From the NCBI GenBank assembly GCA_031424715.1, contig JANPHZ010000158.1:1-46217 (forward strand): a stretch of DNA of 46,217 nt. The letters are read 5' to 3'. The position numbers and the translations under genes were made by a program. Below, one piece after another: positions 32,552-40,938 of the stretch. This DNA is from Frankiaceae bacterium. GTDB taxonomy: Bacteria; Actinomycetota; Actinomycetes; Mycobacteriales; SCTD01. The first letter of the stretch is position 1. Each line of letters begins with the position of its first letter. The notes beneath the pieces were generated by a model. That model searched no databases. It worked only from the letters and a program-made list of their open reading frames with translations, and was not told the DNA's origin.

Positions 32552-33733
32552 GTGCGCGTCCTGCTGTTCACCGGCAAGGGGGGTGTCGGCAAGACGACCG
32601 CATCTGCGGCGACCGCTGCCCTCGCTGCCGCGCGGGGACGCAAGACGCTGGTGCTCTCGACCGACCCCTCGCACTCGCTCGCCGATGCCCTCGGGGTGCC
32701 GCTCGGCGCCGAGCCGACCGAGGTCGACACCGGCCTCTACGGCATGCAGATCGACGCGCAGCGCGCCTTCGAGCGCACCTGGCGGGACGTGCAGGGCTAT
32801 CTGCTCGCGGTGCTCGAGCGAGCCGGTGTCGATGCCCTGCAGGCCGAGGAGCTCACCGTCCTGCCCGGGGCCGAAGAGGTGCTGGCGCTGCTCGAGCTGC
32901 GCAACCAGGTGGCGTCCGGTCAATGGGATCTCGTCGTGGTCGACTGCGCGCCGACCGGCGAGACCCAGCGCCTGCTGGCCCTGCCCGAAGCCCTGACGTG
33001 GTACGTCGAGAAGGTCTTCCCGGCGCAGCGACGTGCGCTGCGGGCCCTGCGTCCGGTGTTGTCTCGCGTCGCCGGCCCGGCCGTGCCCGCGGAGCAGGTC
33101 TTCGACGCGATCGAGCGCCTGCACCGCGAGCTCACCGACGTCCGCGCCGTGCTGACCGCTCCCAGCACCTCGGTGCGACTGGTGCTCACACCCGAGGCTG
33201 TCGTGGTGGCCGAGGCCCGGCGCACCTTGACCTCGCTCGCGCTCTACGGCTATCGCGTGGATGGGCTGGTCGCCAACCGCGTCTTCCCCGGCGGCGATGC
33301 GTGGCAGGACGGCTGGGTCAGCGCTCAGGCCGAGCAGCTCGCGGGCGTGCGCGCCGACGTGGCTCCGCTCCCCGTGCTGACGTCGGCCTACCAGGGTGCT
33401 GAGCCGGTGGGCCTGGCGGCGCTCACCGCTGTGGGGGAGGCGCTCTACGGCGACGCCGACCCGGCGGCCGAGACGATGGTGACCGAGGACCTGCTCCGGG
33501 TCGAGCGCACCATCGACGGCTTCGCGCTCTCGCTCGCGCTGCCGCTGGCCCGGCGCAGCGACGTCGACCTGAGCCGCTCCGGCGACGAGCTGGTCATCAC
33601 TGTCGGCGGGCACCGCCGGGTCCTGGCCCTGCCCAGCGCGCTCAAGCGCTGCGTGGTGGCTGGCGCCGGACTGGCTGACGGCCGACTGACCGTGCGCTTC
33701 GAACCCGACCCGTCCCTGTGGAGGCACCCGTGA
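32552..33733 (+). CDS. ArsA/GET3-family ATPase
   Basis: MRVLLFTGKGGVGKTTASAATA (deviant Walker A), DPSHSLADAL and VVVDCAPTGETQRLL. 393 aa with a C-terminal extension. Confidence 0.85.
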   Translation: MRVLLFTGKGGVGKTTASAATAALAAARGRKTLVLSTDPSHSLADALGVPLGAEPTEVDTGLYGMQIDAQRAFERTWRDVQGYLLAVLERAGVDALQAEELTVLPGAEEVLALLELRNQVASGQWDLVVVDCAPTGETQRLLALPEALTWYVEKVFPAQRRALRALRPVLSRVAGPAVPAEQVFDAIERLHRELTDVRAVLTAPSTSVRLVLTPEAVVVAEARRTLTSLALYGYRVDGLVANRVFPGGDAWQDGWVSAQAEQLAGVRADVAPLPVLTSAYQGAEPVGLAALTAVGEALYGDADPAAETMVTEDLLRVERTIDGFALSLALPLARRSDVDLSRSGDELVITVGGHRRVLALPSALKRCVVAGAGLADGRLTVRFEPDPSLWRHP

Positions 33734-34047
33734 CCAGCGACGTCGGCAGCGCTGCGGAGGAGGCGGCCAAGCTCTTCGCAGCGATGGAGGACTGGACCCG
33801 GCGCAAGGCGGGCCACCTCCTCGACGCGGAGCACGTGGCCACGGGTACGCCGGAGTGCCAGTTCTGCCCGGTGTGCCAGGGGATCGGCGCCCTGCGGCAC
33901 GTCCGGCCCGAGGCGGTGGAGCACCTGCTCGACGCGACGGCGTCCTTCGTGGCGGCCCTCAAGTCGGCCCTGGCAGGACCCTCGCCGTCAGCGCCGGACG
34001 GCCATCGGCCGCCTGGGGTGCAGCACATCGACATCAGCGAGGCCTGA
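33730..34047 (+). CDS. Small conserved hypothetical protein (CxxC-containing) following the ArsA-like gene
   Basis: The GTG at 33730 overlaps the ArsA-like stop (GTGA). VTSDVGSAAEEAAKLFAAMEDWTRR ... PECQFCPVCQGIGALRH. Family not recognised with confidence. Confidence 0.5.
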   Translation: MTSDVGSAAEEAAKLFAAMEDWTRRKAGHLLDAEHVATGTPECQFCPVCQGIGALRHVRPEAVEHLLDATASFVAALKSALAGPSPSAPDGHRPPGVQHIDISEA

Positions 34048-34991
34048 TGGGCCTGACGATCGGCGTCGACGTCGGCGGCACCAAGGTCGCCGCCGGCGTG
34101 GTGGCGGAGGACGGGACCATCCTGGCCAGCGCCCGCCGTCCGACGCCCTCAGCCTCCCCGGGCGACGTAGAGGCGACCATCGCGGCTCTCGTCACCGACC
34201 TACGCACCGAGCACGAGGTCGTGGCCATCGGCATCGGCGCGGCTGGCTTCATCGACGCCGATCGGGCGCGGGTGCTGTTCGCCCCCAACCTGGCCTGGCG
34301 CGACGAGCCGCTGCGCGACGAGGTCGCCAAGCGCACGGGCCTGCCGGTCGTGGTCGAGAACGACGCCAACGCCGCCGCGTGGGCCGAACACCGCTTCGGT
34401 GCGGGCAAGGGCGAGCGCGACCTCGTCTGCGTCACCGTGGGCACCGGAATCGGCGGCGGGATCATCCTCGACGGGGCGCTCTATCGCGGCCGCTTTGGCA
34501 TCGGCGCGGAGTTCGGGCACATGCAGGTGATCCCGGACGGCCGCCGGTGCGGCTGCGGGCAGCGCGGCTGCTGGGAGCAGTACTGCTCCGGCCGGGCTCT
34601 GCTGCACGAGGCACGGGAGATCGCGGACGTGGAGCCCGAGTTCGGCGCCCGGCTGCTCGCCCTCGGCGGCGGTGAACCCGAAGGGATCGAAGCGCCAGAG
34701 GTGACACAGGCCGCCCGCGAGGGCGACCCCGCAGCGCTGGCCTGCTTCGCCGAGGTGGGTGGCTGGCTGGGTCAGGGCCTGGCTGACCTCGCCGCCCTGC
34801 TCGACCCGGGCGTCTTCGTGGTCGGGGGAGGAGTGGCCGATGCCGGCGAGCTCCTGCTCGCCCCGGCGCGGGAGATGTTCGCCCGTCGCCTGACCGGGAC
34901 GGGCCATCGACCGCACGCGCAGATCCGCGCGGCACGGCTGGGCAACGACGCAGGCCTGGTGGGAGCGGCCGACCTGGCCAGGCAGCGCTGA
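34047..34991 (+). CDS. glk: ROK family glucokinase
   Basis: Met65 of track ORF 33855..34991, sharing 1 nt with the upstream stop (TGATG). MGLTIGVDVGGTKVAAGVV, ENDANAAAWAE, and the ROK zinc motif GHMQVIPDGRRCGCGQRGCWEQ. Confidence 0.85.
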   Translation: MGLTIGVDVGGTKVAAGVVAEDGTILASARRPTPSASPGDVEATIAALVTDLRTEHEVVAIGIGAAGFIDADRARVLFAPNLAWRDEPLRDEVAKRTGLPVVVENDANAAAWAEHRFGAGKGERDLVCVTVGTGIGGGIILDGALYRGRFGIGAEFGHMQVIPDGRRCGCGQRGCWEQYCSGRALLHEAREIADVEPEFGARLLALGGGEPEGIEAPEVTQAAREGDPAALACFAEVGGWLGQGLADLAALLDPGVFVVGGGVADAGELLLAPAREMFARRLTGTGHRPHAQIRAARLGNDAGLVGAADLARQR

Positions 34992-35014
34992 CCGCAGCCC
35001 GGCCCCTGCGGGTC

Positions 35015-35644
35015 ATGACGTGGAACGTGCGCTCTCTGCGCGACGACGCTCGCGGGGTCGCGCGGGTGCTGCGCGACCTCGCGCCCGATGTGGTGCTGGT
35101 ACAGGAGGCCCCGCGGCTGTGGCGCTGGCGCTCGGCCTGCGCGCGGCTCGCCCGCGAGGCGGGACTTGTCGTGGTGACCGGCGGCCGGCCGGCGGCGGGC
35201 AACCTGCTGCTGTGCTCGATGCGCGTCCGCGTGGTGTCGTCGTACGACGTGCTGCTGCCCAAGCGGCCCGGTCTGCACCGCCGTGGTGCGGTCGTCGCCA
35301 CGCTGGAGGTGGGTGGGGTGTCGTTCACCGCCCTTGGCACGCACCTGGACCTGGACCCGCAGGCACGGTTGGAGTCAGCGCGAGCGCTCCGTGCACACGA
35401 CGCCGACGTCATCGGGGCAGACGTCAACGAGGAAGCCGGCGCCCCCGCTTGGTCGGGCCTGTCGGCGGGCCTGGTCGACTGCGGTGCGCAGGCGGGGCCG
35501 ACCTTCCCCGCTCGCGCACCCCGGCGCAGGATCGACGCGCTGCTCGTCTCCCCGCGCTGGTCGGTGGCGAGTGTGCAGGTGCCCGACTGCGGCCCGGTCA
35601 CCGACCACCGCCCCGTCGTCGCCGACCTGAACCTGCCGGGCTGA
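35015..35644 (+). CDS. Endonuclease/exonuclease/phosphatase (EEP) family protein
   Basis: MTWNVRSLRDD ... DVVLVQEAP ... C-terminal VTDHRPVVADL, typical of the EEP fold. Confidence 0.8.
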   Translation: MTWNVRSLRDDARGVARVLRDLAPDVVLVQEAPRLWRWRSACARLAREAGLVVVTGGRPAAGNLLLCSMRVRVVSSYDVLLPKRPGLHRRGAVVATLEVGGVSFTALGTHLDLDPQARLESARALRAHDADVIGADVNEEAGAPAWSGLSAGLVDCGAQAGPTFPARAPRRRIDALLVSPRWSVASVQVPDCGPVTDHRPVVADLNLPG

Positions 35645-35647
35645 CCT

Positions 35648-35684
35648 GCCCGCCGCACCCGCGCCCGCCGCACCCGCGCCCGCC
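35648..35684. repeat. C-rich 15-bp direct repeat, about 2.5 copies (gcccgccgcacccgc)
   Basis: Read directly. It immediately abuts palindromic element copy A on its outer (left) side. Confidence 0.8.
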
Positions 35685-35752
35685 CAAGATCATTGTCTGT
35701 GGAGACGACTGCCGCGCCGGCGTGTCGCGCGCCAGACAGACAACGATCTTGG
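35685..35752. repeat. 68-bp palindromic element, copy A (caagatcattgtctgt ... acagacaacgatcttgg)
   Basis: It matches the 36884-36951 copy at both ends and over a 28-nt internal run (gccggcgtgtcgcgcgccagacagacaa). The terminal arms are inverted repeats of each other. It lies between the convergent stops of the EEP and DUF559 genes. Confidence 0.85.
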
Positions 35753-35823
35753 AAAGGGGGTGCCGCGGTGGGGGCCGAGCGGAGACGGGACGGCCGGAGG
35801 CCAGCGCCGGAGGCGAGGGGCGG

Positions 35824-36795
35824 TCAGCGCCAGATGTGGGCCGGGGGTGCGGGCAACAGTGACGGTGGGGGAGCGGTCACCCGCAGCCGGGTGGCCTGCT
35901 CTGCCGCTGCGCGTCCCACCCGACGTCGTACGGCCGCTCGGCCGCGGCGAACGTCAGGCCACGTCACGCGCAGCAGCCGGTAGCCGTGGTCGGCGACGGT
36001 GGCCTCGCGATGACGGTCGACGAAACGCGCCTCGGGCAGGGTGTGCGGTCCGGCGCCGTCCGACTCGACTCCGAGCTGCAGCGCGCGTACGCCGTGGTCA
36101 AGGGCTGCCAGGACCTGGTCGTCGTCGTACACGAGCAGCTGAGGCTCAAAGGCTGGAAGCTGCGGATGCCACAAGGTGATGCGGGTCAGCGTCTCTAGCG
36201 GCGACTGGGCTCGGCCCTCGACCCACCGCCCGCACCAGCGCAGCGCCGGCCCGCCCGGGCGAGCACGCAACCGGGCGGCGGCCGTGGTGATCAGTGGCGT
36301 GCTGGTCAGGCGAAGGCGTACGGCGGCGTCGCAGGCGCAGAGCAGCGCGTCGAGCCCCACCAAGCGCGACAGGTCGAGCAGGGTGCGCAGCGGGGTGGTG
36401 AGCCGGATGCCGTCCACGCTGATGACGTCGGCGTCGTCGTACGCCCAGCGATGGGCGATCAGCCGGGGGCGGCCCCCCAGGCGTCGCCCGGTGAGGACAT
36501 CATCGAGAAGCCGCTCCGGCGCCGGGCCGTCGTCGATCAGCGGAAGTCCCCACCACCGCGCTGCCGTCCGACCGCACGCGACCGCTTCGTCGTCGGCCAC
36601 GGCCAGCGCAGCGGCAGCGCGTTGCCGCGCGTCGGGCACGTGCCCGGCATCGGTCAGGGCGCCGGCGTGGATCTGCTGCCACTCCCGACCGATGCGTCCC
36701 GCGACCTGATGACGGGACAGTCCCGCGTCCTGCGCTTGCGCCGGCGTCCATACGCCGAGCCGGTGTGCGCCGAGGTCAGCGAGCGTTGCGTCCAT
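35824..36795 (-). CDS. DUF559 (Vsr/restriction-endonuclease-like fold) protein with an AbiEi-like N-terminal HTH region
   Basis: The start is taken at Met50 (MDATLADLGAHRLGVWTPAQAQDAGLSRHQVAGRIGREWQQIHAGAL) of track ORF 35824..36942. The C-terminus LGVESDGAGPHTLPEARFVDRHREATVADHGYRLLRVTWPDV resembles DUF559. Confidence 0.65.
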   Translation of the reverse strand: MDATLADLGAHRLGVWTPAQAQDAGLSRHQVAGRIGREWQQIHAGALTDAGHVPDARQRAAAALAVADDEAVACGRTAARWWGLPLIDDGPAPERLLDDVLTGRRLGGRPRLIAHRWAYDDADVISVDGIRLTTPLRTLLDLSRLVGLDALLCACDAAVRLRLTSTPLITTAAARLRARPGGPALRWCGRWVEGRAQSPLETLTRITLWHPQLPAFEPQLLVYDDDQVLAALDHGVRALQLGVESDGAGPHTLPEARFVDRHREATVADHGYRLLRVTWPDVRRGRAAVRRRVGRAAAEQATRLRVTAPPPSLLPAPPAHIWR

Positions 36796-36883
36796 CGCAC
36801 GAGGGTGCGGGTCGCGGTCGACGCTTGTGCCGGCGCGGGGCTCGGCTGTGGGCAACCACGGAGCTTGTGGACAACCGCTCTCG

Positions 36884-36951
36884 CAAGATCGTTGTCTGTC
36901 TCGCGCCCCGACACGCCGGCGTGTCGCGCGCCAGACAGACAATGATCATGA
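36884..36951. repeat. 68-bp palindromic element, copy B (caagatcgttgtctgtctcgcgcc ... ggcgcgccagacagacaatgatcatga); can fold into a ~25-bp imperfect hairpin
   Basis: Read directly and aligned by eye to copy A. It lies about 90 nt upstream of the DUF559 start and downstream of the TIGR00300-like gene stop. Confidence 0.85.
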
Positions 36952-37007
36952 GGGCGGGGCGGGGCGGGGCGGGGCGGGGCGGGGCGGGGCGGGGCGGGGC
37001 GGGGCGG
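36952..37007. repeat. Pentanucleotide microsatellite (GGGGC) x10 plus a partial unit; G-quadruplex-prone on the + strand
   Basis: Read directly at 36952-37007. It ends right at the stop codon (37008-37010) of the neighbouring minus-strand gene. Confidence 0.95.
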
Positions 37008-38237
37008 TCAGGCGCCGGCGTACGACGGGACGAGATCGCGGGCGAGCTGCTCGAGGAAGAGCCCGATGTCGGTCACGATCCCGACGGCCTGAGCCGAACC
37101 GCGGTCAGCGAGCTTGGTGACCGTCGCCGGGTTGATGTCGACGCAGACGAGGGGCACGGAGGCCGGGAGGATGTTGCCGGTCCCGATGGAGTGCAGCATC
37201 GTCGCGACCATGATGGCGAAGCCCACGCCGGGCAGTTCGGCCCGCATCGCGCGCTGGCCCTCGATGACGTCGGTGTAGACGTCGGGCAGCGGACCGTCGT
37301 CCCGGACGGACCCGACGAGGACGAACTTCTTGTGCGCCGTGACCAGCGCGTGCATGACTCCGCCGGTCAGCGTTCCGTCGGACACCGCCGCCGCGATCGA
37401 CCCGCAGCGGCGCACCGTGTTGATGGCCCTGATGTGGTGCTCGTGCCCGTGCTCGACGCCCTTGCCCTGGGCCAGGTCGACGCCGAGCGAGGTGCCGTAG
37501 AGAGACGACTCGATGTCGTGCGTGGCGAGCGCGTTGCCGGCAAAGAGCACGTCGACGTAGCCGGCTTCGACCAGGGCGACCATGGCGGGGGCAGCTCCGG
37601 TGTGCACCACCGCCGGCCCGCCGACCCAGAGGATCTTGCCGCCGTCGGCCTTGACCTCGCGCATCCGCTGCGCGATCTGCCGCACCAGCAGAGCCTGCGG
37701 CTTCTCGCTCGACACCGAGGACGACATGAACTCGAAGGCGTCGTTGGCGCTGTGCTCGCGCGGCGGCAGGACGACGCGCACCCCGGCGGCGCCGCAGACC
37801 ACCTGGTCTCCTGCCTTTACGTCGGATACGGGCACGGTGTGCACCCGGTTGCCGGTCACCACGAGGCCGCAGTCCATCTCCGGCTGCTCGACCGGGATCC
37901 ACTCTCCGTCCAGGCGTACGACGGTCTCGAGGTTGGTCGTGGAGTAGAAGTCGTCCGGGAACACGCCGTCGCGCTCGGCCGGCTTGAGGACCGCGAGCCC
38001 CGGGTCGACCTGGTTGACCCCGTGCGTCTGCAACCGCATGAGCAGGCGTGCCAGGCCGGCGGCGTCCTCAGACGTCACGGTGATGCGCGCGTAGGACTCG
38101 TCGTCGTGAGCGCGCCCGACGTCGAGCTGGTCGATCCGGTAGTCCCCGCCGTAGCCCAGGACGTCGTCGAGCACCAACGCGAGGACGCCGGAGTCCATCA
38201 GGTGTCCGCTGACCTCGACTGTCTCGCTGGCCGACAC
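37008..38237 (-). CDS. TIGR00300 / LOR-SDH-like family protein (archaeal-type ornithine cyclodeaminase-like)
   Basis: 409 aa. The N-terminus VEVSGHLMDSGVLALVLDDVLGYGGDYRIDQLDVGRAHDDESYARITV matches the LOR/SDH conserved N-domain pattern as I remember it. The Rossmann-like C-terminal part includes ILWVGGPAVVHTG. Confidence 0.75.
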   Translation of the reverse strand: MSASETVEVSGHLMDSGVLALVLDDVLGYGGDYRIDQLDVGRAHDDESYARITVTSEDAAGLARLLMRLQTHGVNQVDPGLAVLKPAERDGVFPDDFYSTTNLETVVRLDGEWIPVEQPEMDCGLVVTGNRVHTVPVSDVKAGDQVVCGAAGVRVVLPPREHSANDAFEFMSSSVSSEKPQALLVRQIAQRMREVKADGGKILWVGGPAVVHTGAAPAMVALVEAGYVDVLFAGNALATHDIESSLYGTSLGVDLAQGKGVEHGHEHHIRAINTVRRCGSIAAAVSDGTLTGGVMHALVTAHKKFVLVGSVRDDGPLPDVYTDVIEGQRAMRAELPGVGFAIMVATMLHSIGTGNILPASVPLVCVDINPATVTKLADRGSAQAVGIVTDIGLFLEQLARDLVPSYAGA

Positions 38238-38261
38238 GCGGTGCTCCGTTCGATCGGAAGG

Positions 38262-39116
38262 TCAGACGACCGCGCCGTCATCGGGGCCGCGGTCAGTGGG
38301 GGGAGCATCGCGCACCTGCCACACGAGGGCCCCGGCACCCCCCACCATGAGCAGGACACCGACGACGCCCAGCTCGCCGGTGGCGACCTGGCCGACGAGC
38401 TGCGGCGCGAAGGTCAGCACCAGACCGAGGGCGAGGCAGACCACGGCGCCGACAGTGTGCCGGCGCACGCGGGGGATCGGCGGCGGCGGGGGCGGGACGT
38501 AGTGACCGTCGTCCTCGAGAGCCTCAGGCTCCAGCCACGCCGGGAGCGCCTCGTCCCCATCGTCCTCGTCAGCGGCGGGCTGCCGCCGACGACGTCGGGT
38601 CGACTCGGCGGGCTCTGCTGGCTCACTGCTGTCCAGGTCCTCGGTCACCGGCCAGCGAGGGACGGGGGTGTCGGTGGTGTCGGCCGTCCAGCCCTCGACG
38701 ATCTGCTTCCAGGCCTGCTCGTCCGGGTCGGTGGAGGTCGGCAGGACCGGAGGCGCGAGGACCCGCGTCGCCGCCGTACGGGGGACCGCCTGGATGAAGC
38801 CGGTGACGCTCGTGCCGGGCTCGTCGGCAGCCAGGAGGGAGGCCAGGTCGGCGATCTCGGCGCCGACGACCGCGCGGGCCTCGTCCGCCCGCGACGGGTC
38901 CACCCAGAGCCGGTCGAGCGGCCGCTTGGGCAGGGCGACGGCGCGCGAGAACGAGTCGACGCCGTGCGCGGGCTCGACGTAGGCGGCGACCCCGATCGCT
39001 CCCAAGCTGCCCAGCAGGGTGTCGGACAGCCGCGGGTCGAGGTCGACCAGTGCGCCCCACTCGCCGCAGGTCAGCCCGTTGTCGCGACGGCCGGAGGGCT
39101 CGGGAGTGGTCGTCAT
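38262..39116 (-). CDS. Hypothetical membrane protein (soluble N-domain, acidic/Pro-rich linker, two C-terminal TM helices)
   Basis: 284 aa. C-terminal VGAVVCLALGLVLTFAPQLV and GVVGVLLMVGGAGALVW. No family recognised. Confidence 0.55.
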   Translation of the reverse strand: MTTTPEPSGRRDNGLTCGEWGALVDLDPRLSDTLLGSLGAIGVAAYVEPAHGVDSFSRAVALPKRPLDRLWVDPSRADEARAVVGAEIADLASLLAADEPGTSVTGFIQAVPRTAATRVLAPPVLPTSTDPDEQAWKQIVEGWTADTTDTPVPRWPVTEDLDSSEPAEPAESTRRRRRQPAADEDDGDEALPAWLEPEALEDDGHYVPPPPPPIPRVRRHTVGAVVCLALGLVLTFAPQLVGQVATGELGVVGVLLMVGGAGALVWQVRDAPPTDRGPDDGAVV

Positions 39117-39119
39117 GGT

Positions 39120-39881
39120 TCAGCCGGCGGAGGCGGCGGGGGCGTGGGCCCGGACGAAGTCGAGGCTGCCCGCGAAGATCGTGGGGGCGTCGTTGTCCAG
39201 CGTCGCCACGTGGAAGCTGTCCTCGAGGATGCGCTCCTCGACCGTGCCCGCGGCGGTCTCGCTGAGCAGCAGCCGGCCGCTGAGGGGCTCCACGACGTGG
39301 TCGACGCGGCTGCGGTAGGCCAGGACCGGGCAGGTGATCAGGCCGAGGTCCTTGCGCACCTGCGGCCAGGCTCCAGACAGTGACGCAAAAGCCTTGAGTG
39401 GCGTCTTGGTGTAAGCGAGCTCGGTGACGCCGGGCTTCTTGATGTCGCTGCCGATGCCGGGCATCGAGGCGATCACCTTGGACAGCAGCGGCGCGAGCTT
39501 GACGTCCTTGCGCTCACTGGCCAGGGCCGCATTGACCAGGACCAGACCGGCGACCTGATCGGGCCGCAGCTCAGCCAAGCGCAGGGCCAGCGTTCCGCCC
39601 ATCGACAGGCCCATGGCGAAGACGGTGTCGCAGCGGCCGCGCACGTCGTCAAAGGCCCGCTCGATCTCGCCGTACCAATCGGCCCAGCGGGTGGTGTTCA
39701 TGTCTTGCCAGGTCGTGCCATGGCCCGGCAGGCGCGGCGCGACGACGGTGAGCCCGGCTGCCGCGAGGTGCTCAGCCCACGGTCGCATGGACTGGGTCGT
39801 GCCGGTGAAGCCGTGGCTGAGCAGGACCCCGACGGGTCCACCGGGCAGGTCAATCGGCTCAGCGCCGGGGAGCACGGACAC
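39120..39881 (-). CDS. Alpha/beta hydrolase (carboxylesterase/lysophospholipase-like)
   Basis: 253 aa. VLLSHGFTGT and the nucleophile elbow GLSMGG. Confidence 0.85.
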   Translation of the reverse strand: MSVLPGAEPIDLPGGPVGVLLSHGFTGTTQSMRPWAEHLAAAGLTVVAPRLPGHGTTWQDMNTTRWADWYGEIERAFDDVRGRCDTVFAMGLSMGGTLALRLAELRPDQVAGLVLVNAALASERKDVKLAPLLSKVIASMPGIGSDIKKPGVTELAYTKTPLKAFASLSGAWPQVRKDLGLITCPVLAYRSRVDHVVEPLSGRLLLSETAAGTVEERILEDSFHVATLDNDAPTIFAGSLDFVRAHAPAASAG

Positions 39882-40042
39882 GCGTTCCTCGTTCTCGGGT
39901 CGGTGGCAGGGGACGCACGCGGCGGGTCGGCGCCCATCGTCGCACGATCGCCGGGATACCCCCTCCCGGCCAGGCCTTCGTTGCCCTAGGTTGGGGCACT
40001 AGGTTGGCCTGGTACGACGAGTACGACGGAGGAGGTGGGCAC

Positions 40043-40783
40043 GTGGGTTACTGGATCGTCAAAGCGATCCTCACGCCGATCCTGCGCGTGCTCTTTCGGC
40101 CCTGGGTCGAGGGCGGCGAGCACCTGCCGACCGAGGGCGCGGCGATCCTCGCCAGCAACCACCTGTCGTTCAGTGACTCGATCTTTCTGCCCCTCGTCGT
40201 ACCGCGGCGCATCACGTTCCTCGCCAAGGCCGACTACTTCACCGGCAAGGGGCTCAAGGGCAAGCTGACCAAGGGCTTCTTCTCCGGTGTCGGCCAGGTG
40301 CCGATCGACCGCAGCGGTGGCGCGGCCTCGGAGGCCGCGCTGCGCACCGGCATCCGCATCTTGGCCGACGGCAACCTGCTCTGCCTCTATCCCGAGGGCA
40401 CCCGCTCGCCCGATGGGCGGCTCTACCGCGGCAAGACCGGCGTGGCCCGGATGGCGTTGGAAGCCGGCGTGCCCGTCATCCCCGTCGCGATGATCAACAC
40501 CGATGTGGTCCAGCCGACTGGCAAGAAGATCCCGCACATCGGTCGGGTGGGCATCCGGGTCGGTCGGCCGCTGGACTTCAGCCGCTACAAGGGGATGGAG
40601 GGCGACCGGTTCGTCCTGCGCTCGATCACTGACGAGATCATGTACGAGTTGATGCTGCTGTCCGGTCAGGAGTACGTCGACACCTACGCGACCAACGCGA
40701 AGGCCGACATCGAAGACGCCCGGGTCGCGGCCAGCGAGGCCATGGTCAGCAGCAGCCCGGCGCCCACCCGCCGCGCTAGCTAG
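40043..40783 (+). CDS. plsC: 1-acyl-sn-glycerol-3-phosphate (lysophospholipid) acyltransferase, PlsC family
   Basis: H(x)4D motif NHLSFSDS and the PEGTRS box. A GTG at 40043 preceded by GGAGGAGG is preferred over the TTG track start at 40004. Confidence 0.85.
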   Translation: MGYWIVKAILTPILRVLFRPWVEGGEHLPTEGAAILASNHLSFSDSIFLPLVVPRRITFLAKADYFTGKGLKGKLTKGFFSGVGQVPIDRSGGAASEAALRTGIRILADGNLLCLYPEGTRSPDGRLYRGKTGVARMALEAGVPVIPVAMINTDVVQPTGKKIPHIGRVGIRVGRPLDFSRYKGMEGDRFVLRSITDEIMYELMLLSGQEYVDTYATNAKADIEDARVAASEAMVSSSPAPTRRAS

Positions 40784-40860
40784 TCCGACCCGTCCCTGGG
40801 GCGCTCTGCGCGGGGCCGCACGAGTGTCGTCCTTTGCTCGGTGTTGTCGAGTGTCGTCTC

Positions 40861-40893
40861 CGTGACATACACGAGCTCCGCCACCATGTCACG
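40861..40893. promoter_or_regulatory. Perfect 8-bp inverted repeat (cgtgacat-N17-atgtcacg) upstream of the orphan secreted protein gene; candidate operator
   Basis: Read directly, about 45 nt upstream of the ATG at 40939, in a visibly less GC-rich intergenic stretch. Confidence 0.3.
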
Positions 40894-40938
40894 TTTCAGC
40901 CTGTCAGCTCCATCGGGCCGAAACGTAGAGGAAGAGAC

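Noticed and set aside
36952-37007. Possible CRISPR-like or other spaced repeat arrays: the GGGGC tract, the AKTAVP repeat at 11444-11515 and the HTHD repeat at 4912-4971
   Set aside because: All are contiguous short tandem repeats without spacers, two of them are in frame inside CDSs, and no cas genes are present. They are not CRISPR.
36765-39383. 872-aa + strand ORF, the longest in the track for this region
   Set aside because: It is a shadow frame antisense to three well-supported minus-strand genes (TIGR00300-like, membrane protein, hydrolase). The translation is an Arg/Gly/Asp/Val-rich low-complexity sequence typical of off-frame reading in high-GC DNA.
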